Shown in pieces: positions 24,254-36,730 of a DNA stretch of 64,000 nt; position 1 is the first letter of the stretch, and each line of letters opens with the position of its first letter. Position numbers and translations under genes: made by a program. This DNA comes from Mobula hypostoma (taxonomy: Eukaryota), in contig NC_086097.1 in assembly GCF_963921235.1 (NCBI RefSeq), positions 54,252,001-54,316,000 on the forward strand, in the 5' to 3' direction. Under the pieces are notes generated by a model. That model was not told where the DNA came from. It saw only the letters and a program-made list of their open reading frames with translations, and did not search any database.

Positions 24254-25677
24254 GGCTACGTCCATACTACGCCGGATAATTTTGAAAACGAAGCTTTTTC
24301 TCATCGTTTTGACCTTCCATCCACACTGAAGCGGCATTTTCATCCCCTGAAAGCGGAGATTTTTGAAAACACTCTCCAGAGTGTGTAAATTTGAAAACTC
24401 TTGTGTCTCGTTGTAGTGTGGACGGGGTAAGCAGAGAGATTTTTAAAAGTTGTCATGACAACACCACAACAACAATGCTTTTTCTGCTTCTGCTTGGTAC
24501 TGCACAAGCAGCACATGGGCTGTTCTTGGTTCTTGGTTCTTGATCCTCCAAAATATTCCGCATGGAATTTAAACTGGAAGTGGCTTTCAAGCTGCTCCCC
24601 TCAGTTTCTTTGTTTGCATCCTCTGTTCTTCTGCCTGTACCCTCCGGTCTCCCAGTCTGCGGTGGCCGTACCCTCGATCTCCTGTACCCCGTGGTCTCCA
24701 AGCCGGCACTGTTGCTGACTGACCACCGCTGTTATAACGCGTAGTCAGTGTGAGCGGCGTGAGAGTTAAATTGTAAAGTGAGCTTTTTTGACTAGATCCC
24801 CTAAATTGATTTGATTGAGTCTGTCTTTAAAAATATTAATGTCAGAAATACTGTGCAGGTCTGGCGGTAGAAGATTCCACTCTCTTGGTTCTTGGTTCAT
24901 GGTCCTCCAAAATATTCCGTATGGAATTTAAACTCGAGGTGGCAGAGGGTGGGCTTAAGAAGGAGACTTTTGAAGAAGAAAAGCTGCCTTAAATTTAATT
25001 GGGTTTGGTTGTGTGACTATGTTAGAATAAGAGATTATTCCATGCTTTAATTGTGCGGGGGAAAATGAATTGCTGTACACATCTGACTTGGTAGTTAGTA
25101 TTTCAAATTGAGTTGAATGTCCTCTTCTACTCCTACTAGGTTTGGGTTTGATGTGGGATTGGTAGTCTATGTCGAGTTGACCATTCAACATTTTGTAATT
25201 GTTGATCTTGGGCAGAGGACGGCTTCATGCGTGTGTTGTTTACTTTACTGTCTATGTTAATAGCTTGTTTGGAATTAAACATCTCCACTGCTTTGCTGAC
25301 TTTGTAGTCGTTTGTAACTTGCAGAAACAGCTCGACTTCATTGTCTTTCTAAACGAAGAAGTCCGGTCTGATTTTCCAAGTTTTCTGTGTATTCCTCGAA
25401 GACATTGTTGAAAACTTTCTTTCGCTGTTGTTGTAGGTACTCTAGTTTTTGACCAATGGAAATAGCACAATGCCACCGCGGAAACGTAAATATTATACCG
25501 TTTTCTCTTCGCTTGTTTTCTGTAGATATGTCTGCGCATGCACAGTAGGAGTAGATTCACCCAAATATCTGTTTTAGTGTGGACAGAGATATTTTGAAAA
25601 ATGCCTAGTGTGGACGCCTGTCGTTTTTACTCAAAACCGGCGTTTTCAAAATTATCCGGTCTAGTGTGGATGTAGCC
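24254..25677 (-). mobile_element. Non-autonomous PIF/Harbinger DNA transposon
   Basis: TIRs GGCTACGTCCATACTACGCCGGATAATTTTGAAAACG / CGTTTTCAAAATTATCCGGTCTAGTGTGGATGTAGCC; 3-bp TSD CTA; minus-frame 'DFFV*KDNEVELFLQVTNDYKVSKAVE' (Myb/SANT-like) near 25280-25365. Confidence 0.85.
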
Positions 25678-25800
25678 CTAGTTATCCTTAATTATTAGCC
25701 AAATCAACACTCTATTAGTAGAAACATTAATTCATGCAACATTTATTTAATTAGGAAATTCAGGAGAATTTTTAACTGATTGTTACACATTGTTTCATAA

Positions 25801-25898
25801 TATTGCCCATCGTATCCTCCCCTAGTATTGCCCATCGTATCCTCCCCTAGTATTGCCCATCGTATCCTCCCCTAGTATTTCCCATCGTATCCTCCCCT
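25801..25898. repeat. 25-bp minisatellite, about 3.9 copies
   Basis: Unit TATTGCCCATCGTATCCTCCCCTAG; one substitution in the last copy. Confidence 0.95.
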
Positions 25899-28394
25899 CT
25901 GTCTTTGTATAATTCTTTTCAAATGTCTTTCCTCCTGACTGAATACTGGTTTCCCTTTGGTGCACAATCATCATTACTCATTAAACCTAAATGATACCAT
26001 TTGCAACTAATAGCAGTTTCTACGACTCTTTATCGGGATTGGATTTTTCCATAATTATGCATCAAAACTGAGGACACCAATCTATCCCACAAGCAAGAGT
26101 CATAACTGGGATGTGAACTAGAATAAATAGTTCATGCTATATCCGGAAACAGTAAATTATTCTGAAAACAAACACAACCCCACAGCCCAGACAACATCAC
26201 GTACATAAAATTCGATGGAGATTGCACTGCAATGGATGGGCGTGGCAAGAAATCATTACACAACCAAAATAGTGACTTCCACTCAACCATTTCTTATAAG
26301 CAACATGCCGCAATATAGTTTAACTCAGACTTGCAAGTGGAATGTTTCCTTTCACTACTCAGGAACAGCTCTTCACAGAGGAGAACCATTTCCCCTCAAC
26401 TCATCAGATGAACTATGGATGGTTAATAAATTTTCAAATGCATGTATCAGCTCTGCTATCAGTTTCATAAAAGCAGTTGGCATGTCACACAGTACTAATA
26501 CCCCACAAAAAAATCTTCAATAAGCTATGGACAATGAAGATCGCCTGCTATCTCCACTCAACTTCCAGCTTTCTAGCCTCAATAGTTGCAGTAGATGTGA
26601 AAATATTTCAAAATCTCTGTATCTTTGGGAAAGCTTACCCAGGGTATCTGGAACAACCAACTTGTAAACTTTAAGTTAATGATACCTATAAGGCCTGTGC
26701 TTCACTTTAAGGCTGTGAAAGCAAGGTCCTGTATTCCAAGTGGGATTACAGATTGAAGAATTTCAATCTTCACTATCTTGGAAAAATCCTTGGAATCAAA
26801 TTTTGACTAATAATCACCAACAGGAGAACTGACCTACATTTTATCCAGACAATCCCAAATGCTTACATACTTCATTGGCTGGAACAGATGGGATCTGTGA
26901 AGGTCATAGATGACAAAATCCCCCTCAGCAAAAGACCTAAACTCCAGTGTAGGTATAAGATCGAACAAATACACTCAGAATTCCCATAGAAAACTTGAGA
27001 ACCAGGCTTGCAGTAGACTGGCCAGTTCAAGTCAATTGGAGTCAAGGCACCAGAGTGAACCACCAGGTAGCTTGGACTGAATTCTGTTGGGTGAGCCATG
27101 AGGTAACATATGCTCCAGGTAGCTAGTAAATTGATCGGTAGTCGCCACAGCCCACAAGTTGCCTCTTCTCCCACTCCCATACCATGACTATAGACAAACT
27201 AACCAGCTGTTAGTCGAGCCAAGGAATTTGATTATACGATTTGATTTTACAGTGTTATATAATCTAAAATTGCCCTTATCTGGAGCAAAATGCAGCAGCA
27301 GCCACTCCAGCACAGTTTCATGTCACTCCAAAGACTCAACTGAGTGACCCACTGACACTCGATTCCCATTAATCACAGAGAGGGTGGTGTCATTCCCTGT
27401 AACCAGGCAAAGGTAACTACATTACAGGGCAATTCCACCAATTAACCATTGGTAATCACCAAAGAACTGGGTCTTCCCATCACATCAATACATTGATTGT
27501 TTAAGTCCCTTTACTTACTTGTTTTCCTTTGTGCCCTATTTTACCACTAATCTCCACCCCCCCCATCTAATTCAAAATCCCCGCAGATTTACCATTGGTC
27601 CAGGACCTGATAACCTGGCCTCACACCCATCCACCTTATGAGCCAAACCATGTCAATGCAGATTTGCTCCAGCCCTGCAGCCTCGCCTCACTCCCGATGT
27701 TTTTATTGATTCCAGGCCCTGATCTTTGACCTCCACCCCTCTTTACACAGCCAGCATACTTTCAATAATAAACATCTGTCATGTCCATTCTGTATATTCC
27801 AAGACCTTGGTCTGCCAATTCAGGTAATTTGTAGGTTGGGTTAATTGAAGAAATAAATAACAGAGGTTACAAAGATAATTCATACTAATTTAAAATGTTA
27901 CAGCATGCCATCCAGTTTATCAACAATAAGGGATGGCCAATAAGTGATGGCTGAGCTAGCACCACCTAAATCCTAAGAACTTGTTAAAATCCTACCCATA
28001 TACACATAGTTGCTGTTTTTCCAGAGCTTTTATGACAGCTGCGAGCTTCCATGGATAAACTGGCTGCTCTATTTTAGCTTTTTGAGAATGTTAAAATGAT
28101 GATTCTTTTCCCATGGGAGCCACATTTCTGTATGTCCAGCATCCTTTGCTACCAAGTAAAAAGATTTATATGTTGGTAACTATATCTGGACTGTCTGGCT
28201 GAAATCCCTTGATCGCTGGAAAAATGGGACATCTAATTGACACATTTACTTAAGCCAATGCCAAACTGGTATAATCAAACAGTTTTAACTCCTGTAATTT
28301 TTTGGGTTTTTTTTGCAAGAGTTGCATATCCACAATTCATAGAGACTCCATTCTATATATACTGATAACATCAATAAATTAAGGCAACACCAGG

Positions 28395-28805
28395 TCAAAG
28401 TCTCAAGGTGGATGAGTCCAGAGGTAGAAAGCCCAAAACATCAAAGACCAAAGTCAGGAGATGAAGGCCCCAAGGTGGAGTCTGCAAGTCCAAGCCAGAG
28501 ACTGAAGGCTGGAGGCCCGATGTTTGTGATCCTGAGAGTCCGGGGCCAAGGACTGGAGGCCCAGAGGGTTTGCAGTGTGAGAAAGGGGTTTGCTTTGCTG
28601 TTGATGTCTTGTTTTGTTCTGATGTTACTGTTGCTGCTTGCGCTGTTCCGCTGTATTTGGTGGGCGTTGGCCCCGGAATGCATGGTGACACTTGCAGTCT
28701 GCCCCCAGCACATACTTCAGTGTGTCAGTTGTTAACACAAACTACAAATTTCACTGCGTGTTTTGATGTACATGCGATAAGCAAATCCGAATCTCAACCT
28801 GAATC
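28395..28805 (+). mobile_element. Non-autonomous SINE-like element
   Basis: 3' part (GGTGACACTTGC..TGCCCCCAGCAC...TTTCACTG..GATGTACATG) matches the tail of the SINE at 21903. Confidence 0.55.
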
Positions 28806-28917
28806 CGAGAAAGTGTGTTATTGCTCCTATTAGCATTTGTCCCTACTGCTAGCTTTTCCTTGGACCAGTAGTTAACATTTATAAGTTATCTACTTTTAAA
28901 AGCACAGGGAAAACATA

Positions 28918-29611
28918 TGTAAGGGGGTTTTGACTTTTATGTTACTGCGGAGGCTAATTAAAATGGCGTCTTTGTTATGTTAATCTGGGGAATGCGGCTT
29001 TGTTGTGTTAAACGCTGAGAAAGTTTGCGCTAACAGTTTGTTTTTGCTTTAGTGTGTGATAAGAGAGTGCTATTAACCAATTGGGATAGTTGTTATGGTT
29101 TTGGTGTATTTGAAGATACTGTATGCGCGGGGTTTTGGGGCAGAAGGCGGGAGAGCGAGACAGAGGATGGACGAGGTGCTGTGAGTCTGCTGACGGGGTC
29201 GGACCCCGAGCGGGACATTCTGCGAGGAGACGGAGACGGACTCGTGTGGAGCATCTGGTCGACCACCGCTGTGGGTCCCAGGCGGCCGGTCGAGGTGGTC
29301 CGAGGGGTCGCAGGGCGAAGAAGAAGGTCCTTGAGCTCCAACGGTTTTTGTGCACGGAGAGATTGAACTTTGATAAATGTGGCGCCTTTTATTTTCCTTT
29401 TATATTTTATTCTCTTTTAATTATATAGTTCCAGTAATATGTATAAACTGTAAATCATTTAATTGCATCTGGTGTATTGTCTGTTATTTGGGCGGGGTGG
29501 GGTACCTCACACAGCATCCACACAAACGAATTATCCAGTTTGCCGGGGCCGAGGCTGTTTCCCTAGACGACAGCAAGCCAAGCGACCCTGAGGGTGGCCG
29601 GGGGGGCTACA
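28918..29611 (+). mobile_element. Young solo LTR (694 bp)
   Basis: TGTAAGGGG...GGGGCTACA termini, perfect 4-bp TSD CATA, many intact CpGs. Confidence 0.9.
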
Positions 29612-30192
29612 CATACAGTGAACTTGAAGGCTGTAAAGTTAGGTAAAAAGTAATTAAAACACAACAGTCTAACATACAAGTGTTTGCAAACATTTCTTCT
29701 GGCAAAGGGAGAGGTGTGGACGGGGATCATGTGTCAGTTGTGGTCAAAGCAAGCAGACACAGGGGTCAGATGTCACAAAGCAGGTAGTGTGTGGCCCAAG
29801 GTTAAATACTGTGCCATCAAGGAAGATGGGGAACGATAGCCACTACATCAGCAGGAAACATAAACAGGCTAGCTGAGACTAGCTGGAAATGGGTCAAACA
29901 GATGCACAGAACACCTCAGAGTGGCCGGGATTGTCAGTGACCCTGCTTATCAAGGGAAAAGGCTGTAAAGAATGAAGCACATCAACATCCTAGGTTGAAG
30001 CCAGAAAAAAACAATACAGAAGGCAGAGCAGGGCAACCTGTGGTAGGACTGTAAAGGCCGTCCAATAAGAACCCTGTAACCACAGACTGGTGTGACAGCA
30101 CCATCTAGTGTACCGTGTGCCGAGAGCAATCTTGGGCCTGCAGCCTGGCACACTCCGTAATACACTTGTGCCGTTTGCCTGTTAAAAATCAT

Positions 30193-31065
30193 TGGGGAAG
30201 ACCGCCCCTGTCTGCCAATGGAGTAGCAGTATTTTCCTGCTGCTCTTAGTTTTCTTTCTTTCCCCCTAGTTTAAGCTATGAATTTAAAATTTTTACTTGT
30301 TGATTCTTGAGGGTGATCAATATGTCTATGTCTACAAGAAGTGGAAAGAATTTACCTGAACCTAGTGATAAAGGTAACGGGAAAGGAAGGGTGCAAAAGG
30401 AAAGATCTGATGAAATGCCATCGTGGGCTGAAGATAACGTTCGGACACTGAATTCAATTAAGGATCAGACTGGATCAATTAAAGACTAACTGGAAAAGAA
30501 TAGTAATGAAATGAAGTCATTTCTGGGAAAACTTAAAGATCTGGAAACTCAGGTTATTTCACACAAAGAGGAATTGAAGATAACTAAGCAAAAGCTGTCT
30601 GAAGCTACAACTTGTTTGGAAAGGTATCAAAATAAGATTATAGACCTGGAAACTAGGTCTCGACGAAGGAATATAAGAATTGTTGGGCTGCAGGAAGGAG
30701 CTGAAGATGGAGATCTAACGGCTTACTTTGGTAAGCTTTTCCACACTTTATTTCCTACCATTCTATCAAAGCTACCTGCTGTAGAAAGGGCACACAGGGC
30801 GTTTATCTCGAAATCGAAGGACCCTAGTCAACCAAGATCTGTTCTGGTTTGCTTTCATCACTTTAAAATTAAAGATCAAATAATACAACAGGCAAGAAAA
30901 CAGAGAGTTTTTAGATTTATGGAATCTGAGCTCCGCTTCTACGAAGATTATCCAAGAGAGATAATGGAACAAAGATCAAAATTTGCCCTGGTAACGAAAC
31001 AAGCACATGATAAGAATTTTTTTCCGTCTTTGAGGTATCCAACAAGATTTTAAATTTTCCCCCCT
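30193..31065 (+). mobile_element. L1-clade LINE 5' UTR and ORF1 (one premature stop, 3' truncated)
   Basis: In-frame ORFs 30322-30489 and 30511-31053: 'DLETRSRRRNIRIVGLQEGAE...VERAHR...PRSVLVCFHHFKIKDQI...LRFYEDY...LRYP'. Confidence 0.9.
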
Positions 31066-31229
31066 TAAATCATTGGCCTGATGGAGAAACAAGGTGCTCA
31101 GCATCCTTACAACTACATGATTCAATTGGTATAAAGCTTTCAAACTTTAATGAGGATATATCAAATAATGTATCTGTGATGATTAAATACACCATTCTGA
31201 ACAGACAAATCCCCATATAATTGCAATTG

Positions 31230-33400
31230 GTATTGGTATTGGTTTCTTATTGTCACGAGTACCAAGGTACAGTGAGAAGCTTATCTTGAACATTGTTTGC
31301 ACAGATCAATTCATTGCACAGTGCATTGAGCTAGAATAAGAATATAAGACCATTAGATATGGGAGCAGAGTTAGGCCATTTGGCCCATCGAGTCTGCTCT
31401 GCCATTTCATCATGGCTGATCCATTTTTGCCCTCAACCCCAATCTCCCACATTCTTCCCATGTCCCTTCATGCCCTGATCAATCAGGAATCAATAAGGTA
31501 AAATGATAAAATGCAGAATAAAATGTAAAAGCTACTGAAAAGGTGCAATGCAGGTAAATGATAGTAAGTGCAAGATCAAGATCATGAAGAGATAGATTAT
31601 GAGGCTGAGGACTCCATCTTATCATACATGAGGTCCATTTAACAGTCTGATAACAGTGGAGTAGAAGATGTCCTTGTGCCTGATGGAGAGCCTTGAACTT
31701 TCAGATTTCTCAACCTCAACACTACTGACGTAGACAGGAACATTAGCACTGCCCCCTTTCTGAAATCAATGACCAGCTCTTTTGTTTTCTTGACATTGAC
31801 GGAAAAGGTTTGTCATGATAACATGACAACAAAGCTCTCTATCTGCCTTCTGTACTCACAGCCTCACCACTGTTGATATCGAGGAGCATGCGCACACCCT
31901 CCTTCCTGAAGCAAATGACTAGCTCTATCAGTCTGCTGCCTTTGAGTGAAAGGTTGTTGTCATGACACCAGGTAATTAGACTCTCTATTTCCTTCCTGTA
32001 GTCTGATTCATCATTATATGCGATATGGCCTACCGTGAGGGCATCATCTGCAAACTTGCAGATGGAGTTAGAGCAAATCTGACCACACAGCTGCAGGTAT
32101 AGAGGGAATAGAACAGGGGGCTGAGGATGCGATCTTGTGGAGCACCAGTGTTCAGAATAACGGTGGTGGAGGTGTGGCACCTATCCTTACTGATTGTAGA
32201 AAGCAAGTCACAGGTCCAGTGGCACAGGGAGGCATTGACTCCCAGGTTCAGGAGTTTACTTGGAATAATAGTATTGAAGGCAGAACTGTTGTCAATAAAC
32301 AATGGCCTGACATAGGTGTCTTTACCGGCTAGATGCTTTAGAGATGACAGTAGGCCTGTTTTGGCAATAGGTAAGTTGCAGAGCGTTGAGTCTCTCTGGA
32401 AAGCTGGAGTTGATGTGTGCAATGATCGGCCTCTCAAAGCACTTTGTGATGGTAGATTTCAGAAGAGTGTGATTCTCCTGGTTCATCCATGGTTTCTGGT
32501 TTGGAAACATCCAGATTGTCCTCCTTGTACAAAATTCTCAACACACTTGCTGAATAAGTCTGTAATAGCAGCACATACTCATCTGGGCTGGCAGCAGAGT
32601 CTTTGAACCTGGACCTGCCTACTGAATTAAAGTATTCACTTAGATAAACCTGTTTCCTCAGACCAGTACTAGGCAGAACAAGGTAAAACAATTATAATAA
32701 CAATGCAGAAGAAAGTGTAAAAGCTGCAGAAAAAATGCAGTGCAGGTAAAGTGCAAGATCATAATAAGGTGGATTGTCAGGCAAAGAGCCCACCTTATCA
32801 TACAAGGGATCCATTCTAGAGTCTGACAACAGTGGAACAAGAAGCTGTCCTTCAGCCTGGCGGTACGTGCCTTCAGGCTTTTGTATTTTCTGCCCAATGG
32901 AAGGGGGTGCGTGGAGGTCTTATGTTTATGCTGGTCACTTTACTCAGGCAGTGAGAAGTATAGACAGAGTCATAGAAGGGGGGCTGGCTGCTGTGATGTT
33001 CAGAGTTGTGCCTACAACCCTTCGGCAGTTTCTCGCAGTCACGAGCAAAGCAGTTACCAGACTAAGCCATTATGTATCCAGACAGAATGGTTTTTTTGTG
33101 GTGCATCGATGAAAATTGGTAACGATTGATGGAGGCATGCCAAGTTTCTTTATCCTCCCGGGGAAGTAGAGGCATTGGTGAACTTTCTTGGCATTAACAT
33201 GATGGGATCAGGACAAGTGAATGCTGATGTTCACTCCTTGGGATCTTGAAACTCTCAGCCCTCTCAACCTCAACACTGTTGATGTAGACAGGAGCATGTG
33301 CACCATCCTCCTTCCTGAAGTCAATGACCAACTCTTTTGTTTTGCTGACATTGAAGGAAAGGTTGTTGTCATGACACCGTGTTGCTAAGTTCTCTATCTC
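31230..33400 (-). mobile_element. Two decayed Rex1/Babar LINEs with a CR1 tail inserted at about 31345-31495
   Basis: 'FPNQKPWMN', 'YVRPLFIDNSSAFNTIIPSKL', 'KFADD', 'CHDNNLSFNVSKTKELVIDFRK'. Confidence 0.85.
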
Positions 33401-33539
33401 CTTCGAGCACTCCAATGCTTTGGCATAAGTTATGGTGCTGGTGAAGCACAGCGATGACTTACTGACAGCAGACACAACTATCTCTACTCCTGTACTCAAA
33501 GACGATTTCAGTACGTCTTTGAATACTCTCCTCTGACTT

Positions 33540-34080
33540 CCTGGTAACCTCTTGCTGTGACAGGGCTCATATTAGTCAGATTCAAAAGTTTGGTATCAGG
33601 CTTTCAAATGAGATGACCCGCCCAAAGCAGCCATCAAAATTTAATTAGGTGCTTAGGGCCTACACTAACCAGGGATGATGGTGTAGGAGAGGTTATTGAT
33701 ATTGGTTCACCCATTCTTCCAGATGCAGCGTTGATGGAACCTTTCCAATGTCTCAAGGTGCTTTTGGATGTCTGCTGAGGGTAATGCATGATCCCAGAGT
33801 CAGGAGTTCCAGCAGCCCGGCAGACTACCAGTTTTATGCCATTTCTAAGGTCTTGATTTAAAAGTACCTTTGTGTCAATCAACCAAGGGTTGTACTTGAG
33901 CGATGTAGGAGATGGTAAGTTTCTTCACTGATGTGTGCCTTCCAGGAAAGGTGGCTCCTGAGATACAGATATCACTGTCACCCTTTATCATGGGGAGGAG
34001 GCAATGTGACACGGAGAGACAAATTGGTAGGAGACCTTTGTTTCCACAACGTTGAGTGTAAGGCCCATTCCTCATACTCT
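33540..34080 (-). mobile_element. Old RTE-like LINE remnant
   Basis: Minus strand TTGGAAAGGTTCCATCAACGCTGCATC reads LERFHQRCI. Confidence 0.5.
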
Positions 34081-34147
34081 TACATTTCAGGATATCAACA
34101 AGTGCATAATAAAAATTATTTTTGCTTTTGTCATTGCCAAGTAATGT

Positions 34148-34905
34148 TCAATAGGTCCAAAAGGTACATTTAATGTCAGTGAAATGTATACAATATACAC
34201 CCGGAAATTCTTTTTCTTCGCAAACATCCACGAAAACAGAAGAGTGCCCCAAAGAATGAATGACAGTTAAATGAGAGAACCCCAAAGCCCCCAGCCCCCC
34301 TTCCACACACAAGTAGTAGCAAGGCAATGACCCCCTCCCCCCCATACCAGAGAAAAAAGTATCAGCACCTTCCACTGAGGCCTCAAGCATGCAGCAAAGC
34401 ATCAATAAAGACACACACTTGCAGTACCCCAAAGACTACTTGTTCAGACGGTATTCGACATACCACAGGCTCTCTCTCTTGCTAATGAGGGAAAAAGAGA
34501 TGTCCCTGTTTCACAGTGAGAGGGAAGACATAACAAACAACTCACTGATTCATGGTGTTAAAAATCAGATCTCTGGGCACACAGTCAGCAGCAAGCCACT
34601 GCTTAAATCTTTCGTGTCCTCCTACGACACATCGGGCAGTGGCACCAGCCTTGAATCAGCCTGTCTCCAGAGCCACAAAATTCAGAACCCTGACGGCACG
34701 CTAGTCTTCCAGGCCGTATCCCTGGGATATCAAAAAGTAGCCGGTCGTGAGGCCCTGAGAGCAGGTCCCATTCCCGCAAAAAACCGAAGTCAGAGTCTTC
34801 AAAAGAACTTTGAAGGGGGAGAAAAGAGATATCAAAGATAGAAATAGAGCTGTTTCTGAAGATGCAAGCAGAGGAGTTGTCGCTTAGCGCCATTATAACT
34901 AAGCT
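34148..34905 (-). mobile_element. Non-autonomous Rex-tailed element
   Basis: Minus strand starts near TAATGGCGCTAAGCGACAACTCC and ends TGTATATTGTATACATTTCACTGACATTAAATG; non-coding body. Confidence 0.55.
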
Positions 34906-35727
34906 CCACCCTCCAGTATGTGATTGAATAAATACAGATAATGGTAACAAAATGTAGTTAATGGTAACAAAACTTCTATCTAATGGTACACCAACACAAA
35001 TAATCTACCAATTTGCAAAGGGCATCTCAATCTATATCAACCCGCTGGTGACAGCAAAGCCCCACACCATGTTCGCAATGTCATTTGCATCTTCAGTGTG
35101 GCAGAAGGAAGTGCAATTGACCTCATTAATACATTAGGCTGTCTCACCTTTAAGAATAATTGATATGACAAAGGGATAAGGATATGGCAATAAGGAATCA
35201 GGTTGGTGAAAGGGAAATAATGTACTAAAATAATAAATCAGAAAATGCTAGAAATACTGAAGCGGGCTGAGATTGTGCATAGTAACAAAGCTTACAAATT
35301 TTCTCAGGTAAGACACTTCTCATGAGCACTGTGAAAAATGAGAGTTGTTACAAGGTATTAAGCAAGTTCAGATGTATGAACGGGTAGTTACAAACGTTTA
35401 TAGAAAGATGAGTAGTTAGCAGAACAAGCAAGAAGATCTAGTATGCAAGACAGTTTACATGACTAAAGGACAAAGCAGATATAACAGAACAATTAAAACA
35501 CATGCTGTCCAAATGATTTCAATTTATTGAGATTAGTATTGAGTCCAGAGGACTCTAATGCATTTAATTTGAAGTGTAGGTGCTAGAAATTGCATCAGGT
35601 TTTTAATGCTGTTAAAATAGTGTTGGAAGTTATCTTGACTCTTTTTGTAAAAGTTGCATGAAGAGTAGGGCTTCAGCTGGGGATTTCTCTGTGTCAAGCC
35701 TCTCTGAAACCAGACTTTTAACTGCAG

Positions 35728-35824
35728 CAACACACCAGAATGCTGGTGGAATGCAGCAGGCCAGGCAGCATCTATAGGAAGAGGTACAGTCGAAGATTTC
35801 GGGCCGAGACCCTTCATCAGCATT
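35728..35824 (-). ncRNA. Solo Penelope-derived end with a minimal hammerhead core (35787-35824)
   Basis: Minus strand CTGATGA-AGGGTCTCGGCCC-GAAA-TCT-TC-GACTG, then the same ~60-nt tail as 1446-1507. Confidence 0.7.
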
Positions 35825-36391
35825 CACCTTATTGTTGCAAGCTCTACAACTATCAGCAAGTAACACACCAGATGTGATCCACAGAGACAGCCCCTAAAGC
35901 AGACATCCCACCCTGCAAAAACTCATTTCAGGGAGGTCTCAACCTCATAGCAGTCTGTGTCAATGAATTTGTTAATTTTGCAAGACATCAGATTCACAAG
36001 TGTTTTGTGAGATAGCTGACTTCTGAATTCTGTCTTAATGTGCCATGTTCACAATTGCTGCCGTCTTGGTTGATGAGCAGGCACAGTTTTTTGCTATTTC
36101 TGATTCAGGAAACATTTTCCTGAGTAGCCTGCCTGTGTGCTTACACACCTGGAATGGCAGGTTATGCTCAACGATGAAAGATGTAAAGTACACCTCAGCT
36201 CCAGTGACCTTCTCTGTCAGACTTTGGTTTTCTGCTGAAAAGAACTGTGAAATACTTGAGCAGCCTTCCCTGCGCTTAGCCTCCCTAATATGTTGTGGTC
36301 CCTAAAAGAAATAAAAGCATAAGGTGTATCCTTATTACAGGTGTGCGCCGCTTAACGTGCATTCCGACAACATCCGATCGCATATACGTGT

Positions 36392-36393
<2 letters not shown>

Positions 36394-36429
<36 letters not shown>
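36394..36429. repeat. (CA)n microsatellite
   Basis: About 18 AC units. Confidence 0.95.
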
Positions 36430-36431
<2 letters not shown>

Positions 36432-36509
36432 CTGCAATAGTCAGGATCAGAACTTACTTTTTACATCGAAATGGGGGATTTTAAATGAGTGATTTAGAAG
36501 TTCTGTATC

Positions 36510-36730
36510 TTCAAGTTCAAGTTTATTGTCATCTGGCCGATTGTCCACAAACGAAATAATCTCTGTCCGGACCACGGTGTAGCCACAATACATATAACAC
36601 GCACACCACATAAAATAATATATTACCATATTATTTAATAAAGTGCAATTCAAAATGCATATAAAGTGCGCAGCACAGGTAAACAGTTCGCTGTCCTAAT
36701 AACGAGACCTCGGTGGGGGCCAGGTATTTA
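36510..36730 (-). mobile_element. Rex-like 3' tail
   Basis: TTCAAGTTCAAGTTTATTGTCATC terminal repeat pattern. Confidence 0.6.

Noticed and set aside
25801..25898. CRISPR-like array
   Set aside because: Units are directly adjacent with no unique spacers, no cas genes, and the context is eukaryotic.
29008..29646. Overlapping GC-rich ORFs or CpG-island gene
   Set aside because: All lie within the TSD-bounded solo LTR and show no recognisable protein similarity.
36336..36392. Tigger/mariner-like terminal repeat (TACAGGTGTGCGCCGCTTAACG)
   Set aside because: Only one end visible and no partner TIR found, so not called as an element.
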